Virus record (IMG/VR): IMGVR_UViG_3300025635_000084
Span: 1 to 35,763 of that record
Length of the DNA stretch: 35,763 nucleotides
Source: a virus
Taxonomy: Duplodnaviria; Caudoviricetes
Strand: one strand, 5' to 3'
Shown here piece by piece: positions 34,729 to 35,763 of this stretch (position 1 is the stretch's first letter; every line of letters starts with the position of its first letter). The position numbers were made by a program, and so were the translations under genes. The notes under the pieces were generated by a model. That model was not told the origin of the DNA. It saw nothing but the letters and a program-made list of their open reading frames with translations, and did no database searches.

Positions 34729-35136
34729 ATGATTGCGCTGACCCAATTCCAGAAGGACGTTAAATACTTCTTTGACACTATCTACCGCCCCATGCTGGCT
34801 AAGGTGACCGGGGGAACAGCAAGTCAGGGATATCGTTTCCCGACCCGCAAAGAAGCCGACGCAGAGGCCCTAGAGTGCGCCAAGCTACACGCCGGACTTC
34901 TCCGTGGACGCATGAAAGTTGTAGATACGCCCCCGGACCCTTGGAAAGAATGGCGGGGTAAAAAGACAGACCCTAACGCCGGCGTTCGCAAGCAGGCTTC
35001 TGTAGGTACTTATGTGGTTGACGAGAACGGGGCGGTCTATGACCACCGGATTAGGTACTTCATCCCTGAGCCTTTCGCGACTCAGTTAGGATTCACGAAT
35101 GCTCGCTGGGCGGCGAATCTTTCAAAAGATTGGTAA
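34729..35136 (+). CDS. Hypothetical protein
   Basis: 135 aa with purine-rich RBS; last gene of the plus arm. Confidence 0.6.
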   Translation: MIALTQFQKDVKYFFDTIYRPMLAKVTGGTASQGYRFPTRKEADAEALECAKLHAGLLRGRMKVVDTPPDPWKEWRGKKTDPNAGVRKQASVGTYVVDENGAVYDHRIRYFIPEPFATQLGFTNARWAANLSKDW

Positions 35137-35284
35137 CAATGTCGGCAGCCATGGCACCGCAGTTGCAGCATGTCACGCGACTGTCGGTCCATAGCGCCCA
35201 CATTTCGAAGCCGCATTCACCACATGCGTAGGAGCCGAATTCCTTTTTCTTTCGGCGCCTATCCTCCATATTAATTACGTCCAT
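35093..35284 (-). CDS. Small Zn-ribbon protein
   Basis: CGEC...CCNC; GGAGG RBS; follows the phosphoesterase. Confidence 0.55.
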   Translation of the reverse strand: MDVINMEDRRRKKKEFGSYACGECGFEMWALWTDSRVTCCNCGAMAADIVTNLLKDSPPSEHS

Positions 35285-35763
35285 GAATCGACCTCCCCAT
35301 AAACCTGGGATTCTTGCGAGAGCAGTCGATAAGCTCTATATGCGGCTCTCCGTCCTCCACCTCCAGAACACAGAAGCCTTCGCACCAATTCTGTGGATTG
35401 TTCTCACCATAGGAGAACTGTGGCCCGTAACGGTCAGCTAGGAAGCCGGTCTCTACACCATAAGCTACCCCGTTATAAGCGGCGTATCGGGTCAACTGGA
35501 GTCGGTGCGTGTCTCCGGTGACCATCGCAGCAGTATGTGACCGAACAGCGTTGTTGTATGCAGCGTGAACCCCAGCGTGCCACCGGTGCTTGATTACAAT
35601 CCTGTCGGTGATATTGGCAGACATGGAAATCACGAAATCTGGGAAGATATCCTCTAGCTTTGTTCCTGGCAGTCCTTCAACTGCTGGGGCGTTATGCAAG
35701 AGATAACTCTCAAGCCTCCAGTCGTGATTCCCTCGGATAAGATGGCGCGTGAGCTTTTTGTTC
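35271..35763 (-). CDS. Calcineurin-like metallophosphoesterase, C-terminal part
   Basis: Same frame as 1-592; GNHD, KHRWH and GDTH (GHxH-like) motifs; stop at 35271. Confidence 0.85.
   Translation of the reverse strand, partial: NKKLTRHLIRGNHDWRLESYLLHNAPAVEGLPGTKLEDIFPDFVISMSANITDRIVIKHRWHAGVHAAYNNAVRSHTAAMVTGDTHRLQLTRYAAYNGVAYGVETGFLADRYGPQFSYGENNPQNWCEGFCVLEVEDGEPHIELIDCSRKNPRFMGRSIHGRN
35633..35763. repeat. Terminal direct repeat (right copy)
   Basis: Direct match to 1-131 with a single mismatch. Confidence 0.95.

Noticed and set aside
1-35763. Prophage or att-site interpretation
   Set aside because: No integrase, CI repressor or host genes, and the ends join inside a gene

Overview
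The window looks like an essentially complete, circularly permuted ~35.6 kb tailed-phage genome with podovirus-like gene order; a proteobacterial host is likely (inference). Bases 1-131 repeat 35633-35763 with one synonymous mismatch, and a metallophosphoesterase gene reads through the junction. The long minus-strand arm (30745 down to 1, wrapping to ~35093) carries, in order: a Cro-like regulator, a wHTH protein, a ~330-nt highly structured non-coding element with its own sigma70-like promoter, a truncated replication-initiator-like protein, nucleases, a head-spike/fibre module, terminase, portal, scaffold, major capsid, a four-gene glycosyltransferase/methyltransferase cassette, adaptor, tail fibre, nozzle, putative ejection proteins and lysis genes. 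The short plus-strand arm (31026-35136) carries an ERF recombinase, an SSB-like protein and a C5 DNA methyltransferase whose motif IX lies in a nested +1-frame ORF. I see no integrase, CI repressor, polymerase, primase or helicase. Best candidates for new biology: (1) a putative structured RNA coupled to an initiator-like protein that lacks its DNA-binding domain, possibly RNA/R-loop-primed replication; (2) a virion glycosylation cassette; (3) the two-frame methyltransferase; (4) a recurrent GLLD motif in likely encapsidated proteins. All family assignments are by-eye motif recognition; no searches or folding programs were run.
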